Of a stretch of 64,000 nucleotides of DNA, positions 1 to 12,911 are shown piece by piece. This DNA is from the human T2T-CHM13v2.0 reference genome, Homo sapiens: the NCBI RefSeq assembly GCF_009914755.1, contig NC_060945.1, one strand, 5' to 3'. The first letter of the stretch is position 1. Each line of letters starts with the position of its first letter. The notes beneath the pieces are model-generated. The model saw only the letters and a list, made by a program, of their open reading frames with translations, was not told the DNA's origin and searched no databases. The position numbers and the translations under genes are program-made.

Positions 1-179
1 TCCATAATATCAAATACAACATAAAGACTATGTACATGGTTGCTATACAGTATTATTTGGGAAATAAGGAATAGCCTGTACATGTTCAATAAAGATGCAG
101 TTTTTAAAAAATATATTTTTCATCAGCAGTTGTTTGAATCCACGAATGTGGAATCCATGGATATGGGGGGTCAGCTATA
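1..179 (+). mobile_element. MER2-like (TcMar-Tigger) DNA transposon, 3' part
   Basis: Terminal motif ...gttgtttgaatccacgaatgtggaatccatggatatggggggtcagctata; similar to the end of the copy at 11691-12021. Confidence 0.75.
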
Positions 180-1109
180 CTTCATTTGTTAAGTGAATGA
201 ATAAAATATATGGCTATATATTAGATTCTTAATAAATGACATGTATCGCTCTCATTCCTTCTCTATGAGTTTTTAAATCTTGGAATCAGTTTTGCTAAAA
301 TTACATGTGTTTAGGTTATATCTAGAACCAGAAAATCCAATGTAGAAGAAATGGGTATAGTTTAACGTGAAACATAACACTAAGTTGTGTGGCAGGTGAA
401 AAATAAAAATAAAATAAAATCATATTTTTAACTATAGAATTTAAAGTATTCAAGTAAATTATCAGGAAGGACACACTTTTCTAACCTTGAAATAGTGTAG
501 AAACTTATCACATAAATCATTATTGAACAATTTGTACATTTATAATAGACTTATATGAAATAATATTATTCACTGCTTATACCTCATATAGTCCTTTATT
601 AAAGCTGATGAAATAAGATCAAGATTACAATTATGTATGAGGATTTAGAATAATGCCACGGACCCAGATATATTTATTTTGCCATAATCTGATTCAAAAG
701 TAAAATATAGATATTCCAGAGGAAATAATGAAAGCTTGGAAATGCTCATCTTATTAGCTATGCTTTTGATTGTAGCTGCGTGGCAGATATTCAGAATTAA
801 ACTTCCTGCAGAAAAGCAGTGGAGATTTTCCATGTTGCTCATAGAAAGGAGATCCGTATGCTAAAGGATCCAAGCATTGTGGGAGTAAAGGTGACATTTT
901 ATTATACAAGTTGAATATCTGTCATCGTGATGGAGGGATATGCTATTTGCTGATATCCATTCAATCTTGGCCAGTTTGGAAATTCTCTCTTAAACTTTTT
1001 AAATGCTTTGGCCAACACCTAATTGATATACTCCTTCTGCATTAAAAAAACTGATTAAAATTACCTTGTTCAATACAATTTTTATATAACCTACTTCTAG
1101 TATAAAAGA

Positions 1110-2060
1110 TTAATTCAACAATTATGGAATACACAGGATCTATGCTGTAGTGTACCAGATGATTATGATTCATGGTAAGCAAGATAAGTTCACTGCCTTC
1201 AAAATACTAAGAATCTAGAGGGAAAGATAAATAGGTAAATCAGTGTGAGAACAAGACACATTGAGTCTATGATAACGAAATTGTGGTAATAAAGGATGAT
1301 AAAATAAATGTAAACTACGTAGGATAAGAGAGAGTGTCAAAGATGCCTGCCAGGAGGAAAAAGTTACCTTTAAATATACACACGTATTAGCCAGGCAAAC
1401 GTCGGTGCGGAATTTTCAGGAAGAGGGAAGACCATGTGCAATGGCCCAGAGGTGAAAAGCAGCATGAAAGCATATTTCTGAAACTGGAATAAGTTTATTA
1501 TTACTAGAACTTATTAATAAGTGCAACTTAGATACTTTTACAAATGAGTAAATCTAACTAGGATTTTTAAACAAAGGACTAATAAGAAAGGAAGCTGAAG
1601 AAGGAGGTCAAACCAAGTCAGCACAGCCTTGATATCTGCTACTACGGAGTTTGTAATTTATTCAAAGGGGGCATCATTAAAGGGATTTAATCAATGCAGT
1701 GACATAAGCTAATATACAGTTGAGAAGAATATTTGTATGTCAGTGAAAACAACAAATTAGATGGGAGTCAAGGCAAAACTCCTGAGACTCAGAATAGTTC
1801 AGGTCCTAATGAAATATTGCTGAGGGAGAAGAAGACTTAAATTAAATAACGATAAACAGAGAAGTGATGAGACATGGAGTCTGATTGGGTCTGCAGACTC
1901 AGAGAGATGAAGATGTCAAGAATGACTCGTGGAATTTGCCTTCCATGGAGTTCCATCACTTATGGAATATTCCTTTGGCAACTAGTTCCATGTAAAGGCA
2001 TGTGAAGACAGAACTGGAGAATGCCAGGTGATAAATTTCAGGTGGAGATGTTGAGCTAAA
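1110..2060 (-). mobile_element. Degraded L2 LINE fragments
   Basis: attcaacaa... 3'-end-like motif followed by purine-rich L2-type text (ggcccagaggtgaaaagcagcatg; gtcaagaatgactc). Confidence 0.55.
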
Positions 2061-3371
2061 TTTTAAATATATTTTTCCTAATTCACATTAAATATAATCA
2101 GTAAAAATCATTATAGGTGAAGGATGATAGGTATTTTAGAAAGTTAGAAAATGCAGTAATACAATGATCTAAGTATGATAGTGTTCCTCTTCATTTTAAA
2201 TTTTATTTATTTATAATTGCCTCTCATCTAAATTTCTGAACACACACTTTAAGAGAGGATTTTTAATTGACTTTGAAACTTTATGAAGTTTCAGGAGTTT
2301 CTGGTTATTTCAGGACCACTTATGAGTTATCTTCTAACATTTCTTGTGGATTGGTTTTCTTTCTCCCCAGTCTTTCTTTTGATGAGGGCATTTCATGTTT
2401 GTGCTTTAATTTACCAGGGGAAAGAATCTGAATAAACATTTTTGTCTCTCTTCTTAGGTTCAACCTAAGGAAAAAGTGAGCATTATGGAAAAGTTTACAC
2501 CTCATGGGCTGCAAATCATGTGGCCGTAGCATTAGAATCACTATTTTCACTTTGGGGGAGCCTCTGAATCTGTGCATTTTCACCCCTGATTAGTTACCTC
2601 TTAAACAAAAAGCAACTACAGGCTTGTCCGTTTAATGAGTATCTATGCCCTGATGACTCTTCTATTTGTTATTTCTAGCCCCGACTTCTCCCCTCTCATT
2701 AAGGAACGGCTATGACAAATTTGCCCCCAAATTGGAGTGGCCTACTACCCTAGCAGTTTATGGCTCACTCATGCAAAGTCCAGTTGGCAGCAGAGGTATA
2801 GGCAGGATCCTACCATATCCTTTCCACGATCAGGCTGATGGAGACTCTGCCTTTTTCACATGTGGCTTCAAGTGGTTTTCCTAACCTCATTATCAAGCCA
2901 ACAGATAGGGAAAAAAGCAGTACACATTGGAACAGGCCCAAAGAGTAAACAATAGACTGTAGATATGTTAGAGGCTGGGTACCTTAAAATAATCACCTTT
3001 CTACCTGATCAAAAATCCCAAAGGGATAGAGGCGGGGTGTCTCTTATTCATCAAAGTGTCTTATATACAGTATCCAGCAAACAGATAATAGTCAATGAGA
3101 TCTATGGATGTGTTAATTAAGGAAATTTTAGATATTGCCTGTACAAAGAGTTTCAAAATTGGACTATATGTAAAAGCATTCTTTGAATGATAAGGAGAGA
3201 AAAGGTTTTAGCATGGCAGCAAGATTGAGATGCTTATAAAATCAGGGCAGACACAAAAAATAATGCCAGGCTGAGATGCTGCTTAGGTGTCACAGATTAC
3301 TGTAGCAGATTACTTTACACAATCAGTGAATGCAGGCTGTATACCAGCTTATTTTTTTATATATGCATGTG

Positions 3372-3391
3372 CACACACACACACACACACA
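3372..3391. repeat. (CA)n microsatellite
   Basis: About 10 CA units. Confidence 0.9.
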
Positions 3392-3995
3392 AATGGAATC
3401 TTGAAATAAAATAACAAAATCTAATCTATTTATTCCTAATACAGATTATCTTATTAGCCAAAAAAATCCCTTGAATAAATTTGAGATATAATCTTTTTTA
3501 TATCCTTTATATGACTTGAATATTATTATATCATTTAGTTGCCTCCACAGAGACGCAAAATTTTTTGTTTAATTATTGTATGAAGAAGGATGTTCAATAA
3601 ATTTTCTAGCCCTTTTCCACCCATGTTGCCGCATATTTGCAGTCAAAAGTTTGCACATCTGTGATACCTAATCTCTCTGCATTGTTCTTTTGTGTATCAT
3701 TTCTGCATCCAAAGTACCAAGGGGAAATAATAGCCTAACCATTTTATGTGGATATAAAGTCTTGAATGTATTTTATTTTATTCTTTTAGGAAAAAAAAAA
3801 AGGTGTAACAAAGCAGTGTAGAGTGGAAAAATTGAAGTCATGAAATTACATTTTACTTTCAAATTTGAATTTGTTTGCTGATGAAAAGCTTGATAGTGTC
3901 AGACAGTGCCATATTTTAACTCTTAACAATTTAGAGCACTCTGGACTTAGCCTTCAATTACTGATACCATTTTCTCCCCTTTGCTTTCTTTCCAG

Positions 3996-4133
3996 ATCGG
4001 TTCGCTATGTTAGCAAACAATAACCTGCAGATTCTCAACATCAATAAAAGTGATGAAGGTATATACAGATGTGAAGGAAGAGTGGAGGCCAGGGGAGAAA
4101 TTGACTTCCGTGATATCATTGTTATTGTTAATG
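3996..4133 (+). CDS. NCAM2: NCAM2 internal coding exon (probably exon 5; second half of Ig2)
   Basis: Pyrimidine tract and ttccAG acceptor at 3995; donor AATG|gtaagc at 4134. Translates (x)[45 protein letters not shown] with the Ig D-x-G-x-Y-x-C motif, matching NCAM2 as I recall it. 138 nt, phase 1/1. Confidence 0.97.
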
Positions 4134-4689
4134 GTAAGCAGTAAATAATTTGTACATGTTTTATGGATTCATTTTAGCAATGTTTTTTATTAAATGGCAA
4201 CCATGTGAACTCAAAATACAAGTCTTATCTAATAAACCTCTTCTATACCAGGAAGAAATCTTTCCATCTTTATTATGGCATCTGTAACATTGTATTACAG
4301 CCTCAAGGCAGGATCCATGACTTATGTTACATTGTCATTCTCATAACCCTTTTCAAATAGGCTATATGTGAGTAATTGCCTTTTGCTGGAATTGTAGTTG
4401 TTGAAAGAATATCAAATAAACATAGTACAGTATCATACTAAATGTTACTTTTAAATTACATGAATTATTTTTGCTTAAATTTACATATTTTACTCTACAT
4501 GTTTCTCAAATTTAATAATTAAATTTTTAAGGTTATATTTACAAGTATTAATGGACATTAGTGACTGGTTTTATGAAATCATGATGAAATCTCTTCCTCC
4601 AAAGTTGCTTCTCCTATATAGTTCCTTCCTGTGTTAACATGATATTCTATGGAGCTGGAAAATACATTACAGTTATCTTGGCTGTCTCC

Positions 4690-5046
4690 TGTACTAGCCC
4701 ATTTTCACACTGCTATAAAGAATACTCGAGACTGAGTAATTTATAAAGAAAGGAGATTTAATTGACTCACAGTTCCAAGTGACTGGGGAGGCCTCAAGAC
4801 ACAATCATGGCAGAAGGCAGAGGAGAAGCAAAGGCATGTCTTACATGACAGCAGGCAAGAGTGCGTGAGAAAGACTGAAGAAATGCCACACTTAAAACCA
4901 TCAGCTCTCATGAGAACTCCCTCGCTGTCACAAGAAGAGCATGGGGAAAACCGCCTCCATGATCCAGTCACCTCCCACCAGTTCCTTCCCTGGGATACCT
5001 GGGAATTATTAATACAACATGGGATGAAATTTTGTTGAAGACACAG
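4690..5046 (-). mobile_element. MaLR solo LTR (MSTA/THE1-like), truncated at one end
   Basis: tgtactagcccattttcacactgctataaag...taatttataaagaaaggagatttaattgactcacagttcc...ggggaggcctca...catggggaaaaccgcctccatgatcca. Confidence 0.88.
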
Positions 5047-5963
5047 ATTTTGTTGAACAATTTCATCTCCATTTTGGCAGTCTAATCTGTTATGAAGACA
5101 TATCCATTGTATATTTTAACATCTCTCAAACATACTCTATTTTCTCTATCATGTTGTTTTCCATGAGAGTGGTGATCTAATTTTTTTTTCTTGAATTCAT
5201 ACAACTTGGTTTCTCTACACTTAATCTCACAATTCTACCTTTCTCTCCACCAAGACTTTCAACTGTAATAATTCTTCAGTGTTTCTCACTACTGTCAAGA
5301 CAAAATCAAAACGACTTTTCATGGCATAGAAAACCCATTATGATCCACCCCTTCCCTAAGCATTCTGCCATTAGATGTCAGTCATAGGGAAACTGGGTCC
5401 TTAGAGGAGATCTAGTATTTTTCAATGGTCTTTCTAGAAGTACAGAGTCCGATATTTATTAAGGGTGCCATAATCAGTGGAGTAGTTAACCTTCAGTGCG
5501 GGAGGAAGATTTCAGTGCATAAAGGATAGGTTTAAATAGGGAGATGTCTGTATCTAACCTTTATCTATATCAATATGTAACTCTTTCTCTTTATTGTATA
5601 CAATAAACAAGGGTAATAAATATATAGTGGCTATTTAGTTTGTTAATTATTGAATTGTCTACCATACTTTGTATCCAAAAAGATTTATGATGAAATATGT
5701 AAGTGTATTTCATCATGAGCAGTCTTTGTGTTAAGTACGTACTTATGAAAAAGGGAATTATAATAAAAATTAATATATGTAAAATTCTTTAAAATTGGTT
5801 AAGTTTATAGGAAACAGTATATAAGTATTTCCTATTATTGTTATTATATATACATATAATTACACTAAAATATTAATTCAAGTTTGATATTAAAATGAAA
5901 TTTATCCAGCAGGCATAGTAACCCTTTGTTATTCATTCTGCTATTGTAGTTTCTACTTTAATA

Positions 5964-6043
5964 TGTGGTTGGTGCAAAAGTAATTGTGGTGTTTATCATT
6001 ACTTTTAATGACAGACACCGCAATTATTTTTGCACCAACCTAA
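5964..6043. mobile_element. MADE1 (Hsmar1-derived MITE), 80-bp palindrome
   Basis: ggttggtgcaaaagtaattg...caattatttttgcaccaacctaa, with TA at both flanks. Confidence 0.93.
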
Positions 6044-7339
6044 TATTTTCTTTAATATATTTATAGCATGTTGTAATCTTTTTCCCTACTAGATTATCTG
6101 TGATTATTATGATTACATTCATTTTAAAGAAATGATTATTCAGGTATGAATATTCTTTTAATAAAGTGTGAATCTTCATGCCCATCATGGTCTGCATTTC
6201 AACTGGAATATTTAGTTTTATATTTCTATACTTATTTATTTCAGGATGTATAAGGAGACAAATATAGGAATATGTTTTTATGTGCCATTTCTGATCAATC
6301 ATGCAAATAATTCCTGTTTTGTCTGTATCAGTTGGACCCTCCCAAAAGTAAATTCTTCTCCTCTGTCTCCCACTTTCCTCTAACAGAATCAACCATAGAT
6401 TCTAATATGAACATCTTTGCTCGGACATTGATAATTAGTCTCATTTTTCCCTTTAGGATCACAAACTCGCGTAGCTTAAAATTCCTGGAATCTCTTTTAT
6501 TTTAAATAACAGTGTTCATAAAATCAGGTATCAATTGATTTCCGTCTGGAGGATGCAGTTGGACACTGCTGAGAGAATGCATTGACTAATGCCATCAGAC
6601 GCCTGTGCTTTTCTCTCACATTTTGCCTTAAGACAGAAAAATCATTTTACTCCAGTCTTATTGACTTTCACCCTGCTTACTGGCTCCTTTTAAATATCGA
6701 GGTTTTTTTTTTTGAAAGTTTTCCCTTATTATGCCTCTTTTATAAAACTGCTTAAAGATGTTTCAGTGAAAATTTTGAGGCTGCAAAAAATAATACCAAT
6801 AAAATAAAAGTGCTACTTTTATTCATATTATTTGATCTTTAATTACTTTGACTTTGACTGCTGCCCTATTCTGTTCCTCTCAGTTTACATTCCCAGCCCT
6901 CTCACTTAATTGCTACTAATTTTTATCTTTACCAATTTGACATTTATTCTGGTCCTCTTTCATTCATCTTCTTCCACCTCAAGTATACCGAAGTCCTACC
7001 CAAATGCCCCAGTCAAATGTTTTTTCACATGCAGCGCTTCCTTGTCAAATCTTGGCCTTGTAGGAGGACCTGCCCTTTATTCTACGTTTTGTTCTTTGCA
7101 AACTTTTCCATCACATTTCTATCCTACCAATTCATACTCTTTTGTTTCAACAATTAGTTGAAAGATATCCTTGCTGGCTTCCTCTGTAGTACCAGCAATA
7201 ATACATGTTTAGGATCTTATTACTTACTTTATTTTTTCTTACCTCCCTCTGTGACTTTCTTAATGTGTTTTTCAATGCCTGGGTATTGTTTTTCACAAAT
7301 ATTCTTCCCCTCCCTTGAAGAAGATTATACACCAATGCC

Positions 7340-7676
7340 TTTGATATGTGAAGTATGGCGCCTCCAAAGGAAGGATTATGCATCTTCACCCAGTCGATCA
7401 TGTGACTTGCTCTAGCCAGTGACTTAGAAGCAAACAAAATACACACCATGACTGAAATCAAACTTCAAGAAAACATCACATATTTTCTCTTTTTCTCTTG
7501 TTTTTTTCCTTCCGCCATGAAAAGAGCATGACCCAAATAGGGACTTACCCTTCATCCTGGGCACCTTGATGAACACAGGAGGAGCAGATTACAGTTGATC
7601 TGCAAGTGCAGACAACATAACATGAGTACAAAATAAAGTATATTTTTAAGCACTGAGATTTTAAAGTTGTTATCAT
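7340..7676 (+). mobile_element. Old MaLR LTR (MLT1J/K-like)
   Basis: catgtgacttgctctagccagtg...aaataaag...taagcactgagattttaaagttgtt 3' motif. Confidence 0.6.
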
Positions 7677-7934
7677 ACACACACACACAAAAACAGACAA
7701 ATGCAAAACTAGTGCTTTTGTCTGTTTCTCTCTCTCTCTCTCTCTCTGTCTTTAAACAATCAATTTAAGCACCATCTGACCTAGGTGTACTTTTGAAATT
7801 ACTTACCTTGGTGTCCCTTTTCACTTTCCCTGATGGTGATCATTTATGACAAATTTTTGTCACCTTATTGAGGTATTGAAAATTTAGCTGAAGAGTTTTT
7901 ACTGTCATTTCAAAATTATTTTATATTGTTTTCA

Positions 7935-9050
7935 TATATTTATTCAACAGGTATATACAAAGTGCTGGCTATATGTTTTACACTATATTGTGCTTGGACT
8001 ACTAAAAGGCCTAACACAGCATCATTTCCCTTTAGACACTTAGAGTTGTAGCTCAACAATCTGTAAGAATCAACTTTACTAAAGTCCTTTATTGTTTATG
8101 GGGTAGCTGGATTCAAAAGCATTTAACAAATGCAGTTTTCCTAGATATTCACAGACTATTTTTTGAGAATGGAAACCCAATGCAGCTGAAGACAGGAGAG
8201 TACCTTGGTATTAAAGATAAATATAATGAAGGAAAACTGTTATTTAGGAGAATAGGGCAATAATATGTTGCAGACAGAAAGACCAACACTTGTAAAACAA
8301 ACAAGAGCATAAGTTGTGAAAAAATCCAAGCACCTAACTGTGATTGAAATATACTGTTTTTTGACAGGAATAAGAACAATGGTGTGTTGGTTGGTTTGGA
8401 GATTAGGTGGAGGTGCAGCTGAAAAGCAGGTAGCAGTCAATCATGGATGACCATCGATGCTTTATTAAAAACCTGATTTATGGGACAAGGAAGAGCTGCC
8501 ATTGAGAAGCAAGTAATCCAGAGAGCAAGGGAGTTGACACAAGGATATTGGCAGGGAGAAAAAGTGAGTTCATGTGAGAGATAATTGGGGCCTTTACTAA
8601 AGGGCAAGGAAATGAAGAGGAAGGCGTACAATAAAACTAGATTTCAAAGCAAAATCATCATGTTATACCTGTGTCACAGAGGCAAGAGGAATCAAGGGTA
8701 ATTTTAAGACTTCTAGTGTGGGTTTTAGGGCTTCCAGTTATCCATGCAAGCAAAAATGACCAATACAGTGTGCACAAAAATAAGTGTGCTGAATTTAGAG
8801 ATTATGAGGTTGCAAGAGACATTATGGTAGATGATACTGCTTATGTTCTCTGTGTTAAATTCAGATTACAAGGACTTGAAGCATAAAGGTACACATATAT
8901 TTTTTAAAGGATGAAAGCTAAAAAAAAGTTAAAGACCTGCTACCTAAGGTTTTTGGACTTAGCTATTAAATGGGGAACATCACAAAGTTGAGTTAATGAC
9001 TATAGGATGTTGTTGAGGCTTTAGGACAATATTAAGGAATATTACCTTGA
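7935..9050 (-). mobile_element. Degraded L2 fragments
   Basis: tattcaacaggtatatacaaagtgct... and further L2-like purine-rich segments. Confidence 0.45.
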
Positions 9051-10469
9051 ACATAAGGAGAATATATTTTATATTGAGCCTGGAGGAAATGAGTTAAAAA
9101 ATGAGTAAGGACGTGCATAAATTCATAGGTAGATTTGGTCAATAATTTGAGAGAAATCCTGCTACATGACTTCAGTATTCTATTTTCAGTTAGCTGGTTG
9201 CCCTCACCGAACAAACATTGATATAATCTTGATAGTCATAAAAAAATTTTACTTGCTTATATTAAACTTTTTATTGGATCTTCAGGTAAGCTCTCCAACC
9301 TGCCTAAAACCTTTCTGTTCATGAACCTCTGAGTAAATGCTTTCCTCATATCATCATACCTTGTTTCACTCTGACATACTATGTGAAATCTTTTAAAAAC
9401 AGATTAACAGAGACATTGACTGAATTGATTGGCTACCTTTTCCATAAATTCATATTCTTTTAACTAGATAATTGTGCTATACATATACACAAACATGCCC
9501 ACTTACACATCATGGATACGCTTTTCTAAAAGAGGATTAATATTGTCTCTCTTACTTTAACCCACATATATTCTCCCACCATCTGATTCCTAGGCTTTAG
9601 TTAAATAATACACACTGTACTACTCAAAAAAAAAGGCTCATATAGATGAAAGACCTGGAAATAACTTTTAAACTTAAAATACAGTCAGTAGAGTGTTCAT
9701 TTTATAAAATGTTCTTCTAACGTATAGTGATTTATTATTTTATGAATATTTTGTAAATTTGTAAAGAGTGATTCACTAACTGCAGGTTCAAATTGGGGTA
9801 ATGGAGGCAGGAACAATTGAGATTGGATAAAAAACACCTAGTAATGCAATTGTAAAGCAATTGTTTCTTTAGTCGATCTTTGAACAGTAAAATCAACAGT
9901 GGGTGATAATGGCCAGAGATGTCCGTACAAATGAGTGTCTGAATGTATAGTGCACTTTGTTATCTCAGTAACCCCCAGGCAGTAATTTTTGTATTCCTAC
10001 CTATTTCTTGCAATTTCTTGAAGTCATGAAAATGAGGCAAAAAAACTTTTCTATTTATAAAAAATGAAAAGTTAAGTCAAAATTTTCTCTTTAAGTTGTA
10101 TGCAGTGTTTTAGAATGTAAAGCATATACAAGTATGAAAGAGTGAATTTGTCTCTTGTAGTTGAATCATGTAATTGAATCAACCATGCAGACAGCTATTT
10201 TAAGTCAGTTTAATGAGTGCAAATTATGAGGGAATTTGTAGTTTGTAACAATGTTATATAATATACAATATATAATTTACCCAAATCAATAAATATTTAC
10301 CCAAACCAGAGTATTTTATAGTTTTATTAATTGTGTATCCCTAATGATTTTATTAAATTTCAAGAATAGGCAATCTGGGAACACAAGAAAAGAAAAGTAT
10401 ATCTTTTTCTCCTTATCTCTTATATAACTGTTACTTCAGAAATTTTTAGTTTATATAAACTAGAGAAAT

Positions 10470-10478
10470 GATAGATAC

Positions 10479-10518
<40 letters not shown>

Positions 10519-10532
10519 GATAGATAGAGATA
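10470..10532. repeat. (GATA)n tetranucleotide STR
   Basis: Run of gata/taga units with a few interruptions. Confidence 0.95.
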
Positions 10533-11448
10533 ATCTGCACAGATCTAGGCACATCTTTCTTTGCTTTTCTCTTCCATATAAGTAATTGATTTGAGTATTT
10601 AATACAGTTCTTTTCCTTAAGTCTCTATTTCTCTTTTACTCAGATTTTCTAAGTACACTTAGTGTCATAATATCATATTTGAAAAGCTGTAGAAAAGCAT
10701 GTATTGATTTTTCAACATTGTACTTTTAATCCCTGATTAAATATATGGCAGAATTTTCTCATTGTTTGAATTGGATTCCCATTCTGAATTTATCTGTTTC
10801 AAGTGTAACAGTCTTCTGCTTGTTGATTAGGGGCTGACCTTTGTATGTTGTTCTCTAAAATTTATTTGATGAGTACAGAAGTGAATCCTATCATTTGTGA
10901 AACCACAACTTATAGAAATCTATAGGGATCACAAGATACTGCAATAATGCAAATTTTTATCATTTCATAGAATCAATCAGTAAAATAAAAGTCACCATCA
11001 AGATGCCATCTGACATTGTGGAGATGAATGGCATTCAGGAAAATTAATGTCTAAATAACTTTGGAGAGACATTCATGGGTCCTGTTCCTCAAAATGTGCT
11101 GCACTAGAGGATAACCTATGAAACCATATCAGTATTTTATTCACACTGAAATTCACGAATGACCAGTATCACCACTATCTCTTGCCTTTTTTTTTTTTGC
11201 TTGTGTCATATCCTATGGCTTTTAATAAAAGCATAGGTATTCGGAGAATGTCTGTTTCTGATGGTGAAAGTAATAAAGCAGAGAGAATTCAACTCACGTT
11301 ACATAAAAATGAAATAACCACTCAGTTATAAGTAAAACTAGTTCCATGTGCTACATCATCTTCTTAAGCATAGTTTGTTTTTCTTTTTATGCAGATATGC
11401 TTAATTTCTCTAGGATGAGATTTCACAATCTCCGTCTAAAATGTGATT

Positions 11449-11497
11449 CTCTCTCTCTCTCTCTTTCTCTCCTTCCCTCCTTCCCTCCCTCCCTCCC
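11449..11497. repeat. (CT)n/(CCCT)n polypyrimidine tract
   Basis: Read directly from the sequence. Confidence 0.9.
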
Positions 11498-11690
11498 TTT
11501 TTAGCCAGACTGATTGCTATTTGTCTTATAAAACTTAGTCCAAGCATCATTTCTAGAACTAGAAAGCAATTCTAAATATGACCTGCCTTATTGCAAGATT
11601 TCTTCCCATGAGATCTCATAGTACTAGGTCCACTCTGTAAACTTTTCAACGCTTAAGTATTTGAAAGGACTCAGCAGGCTTCACAAAGTA

Positions 11691-12021
11691 CAGTTGTTCC
11701 TTGGTATCTATGGGAAGTTGGTTGTAGGACCAACATCCATGGGATACCAAATCCATGAATGCTCAAGTCCCTTTATGTAAAAAGGCATAGTATTTGCATA
11801 TAGCCTACACACATTCTTCCCATATACTTTAAATCAGCTCTAGATTAGTTATAATACTTAATACATTGTAGATGCTGTGTAAATAGTGTTACACTGTATT
11901 TTAAAAAAATTGTTCTATTTTTATTGCTGTATTGGTATTTTAAATGATTTTTAAAAATATTTTTGATCCCTGCTTCGTTGAGTCCTCAGATGCAGAACCT
12001 GGGGATACAGAGGGCTGACTG
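11691..12021 (+). mobile_element. MER2 (TcMar-Tigger), near full length
   Basis: TA|cagttgttccttggtatc ... gatacagagggctgactg|TA: imperfect terminal inverted repeats and TA target duplication. Confidence 0.88.
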
Positions 12022-12911
12022 TATAGTCATGTAAATGCCCTATTCTTAAAAAAAAGGATATGGTGCAGCCAGAAAAAGAATGCAAAGTGTCAGACCTGTG
12101 AGAGACAATCCCCTGCACAAGATTTCCAGGGGCCCTATTTGCAAACAAGATGATGTGTATGTTCACCTTGAACCACGAAGATCCAAATGAGGCACCTCAA
12201 AGAGACTCTCAGGTAGAGTTCTTTAAGTAATTTAGCCAAGCTTCACAAATTGTTTAGGTTGAGTCCAAACTATCAGTGCAGAAAATGACTTTGGAGGTTG
12301 CCAGGAAACTTTCTGGTCCATCATAAATTCCAATGTCCTTACCTTGGCCAAAAGTCATCCACGTATCTTTGAAGATATTGATAGAACTTTTCCAGCTGAT
12401 CCAGAAACCAACTCCATTCCAACAGCCTCTTTAACAATGTACCTTTCACACTGACTTGAAATTATCCATTTATGTGTGACATTATCTCACAGATAACACC
12501 ATTAATCCTTCAAGGAAAAAGGTGATATTTTATAACCTTAAGGTATACTGTAGAGATTTGCATACAGGAGGCGGTCTATAACTTCTGGAAAGATTTCTTT
12601 AATTTTTAATTATTTTGTGCAAATATGTGATTATCTCAATCACAAAGATATTTTATTTCATAATTATTACTTAGTTTTTTTCTCTATCCCTTTAGATTAT
12701 ATAATCCAAGTTATTTTACTATTATCTTGAGAACATTTCCTCCTCAAACTATCAATCTAGTAATGCACTTCCAGATATCTTGCATGTATTTTAAGTTTGT
12801 CATGTACAATAATCTGCATAGATTTAAAATTTCAACATATATTTATTAATGTATGTGTATATATAGATATGCGTTTGTGTGTCGGAAAAATAATCACCAC
12901 GGATAGTGAAT

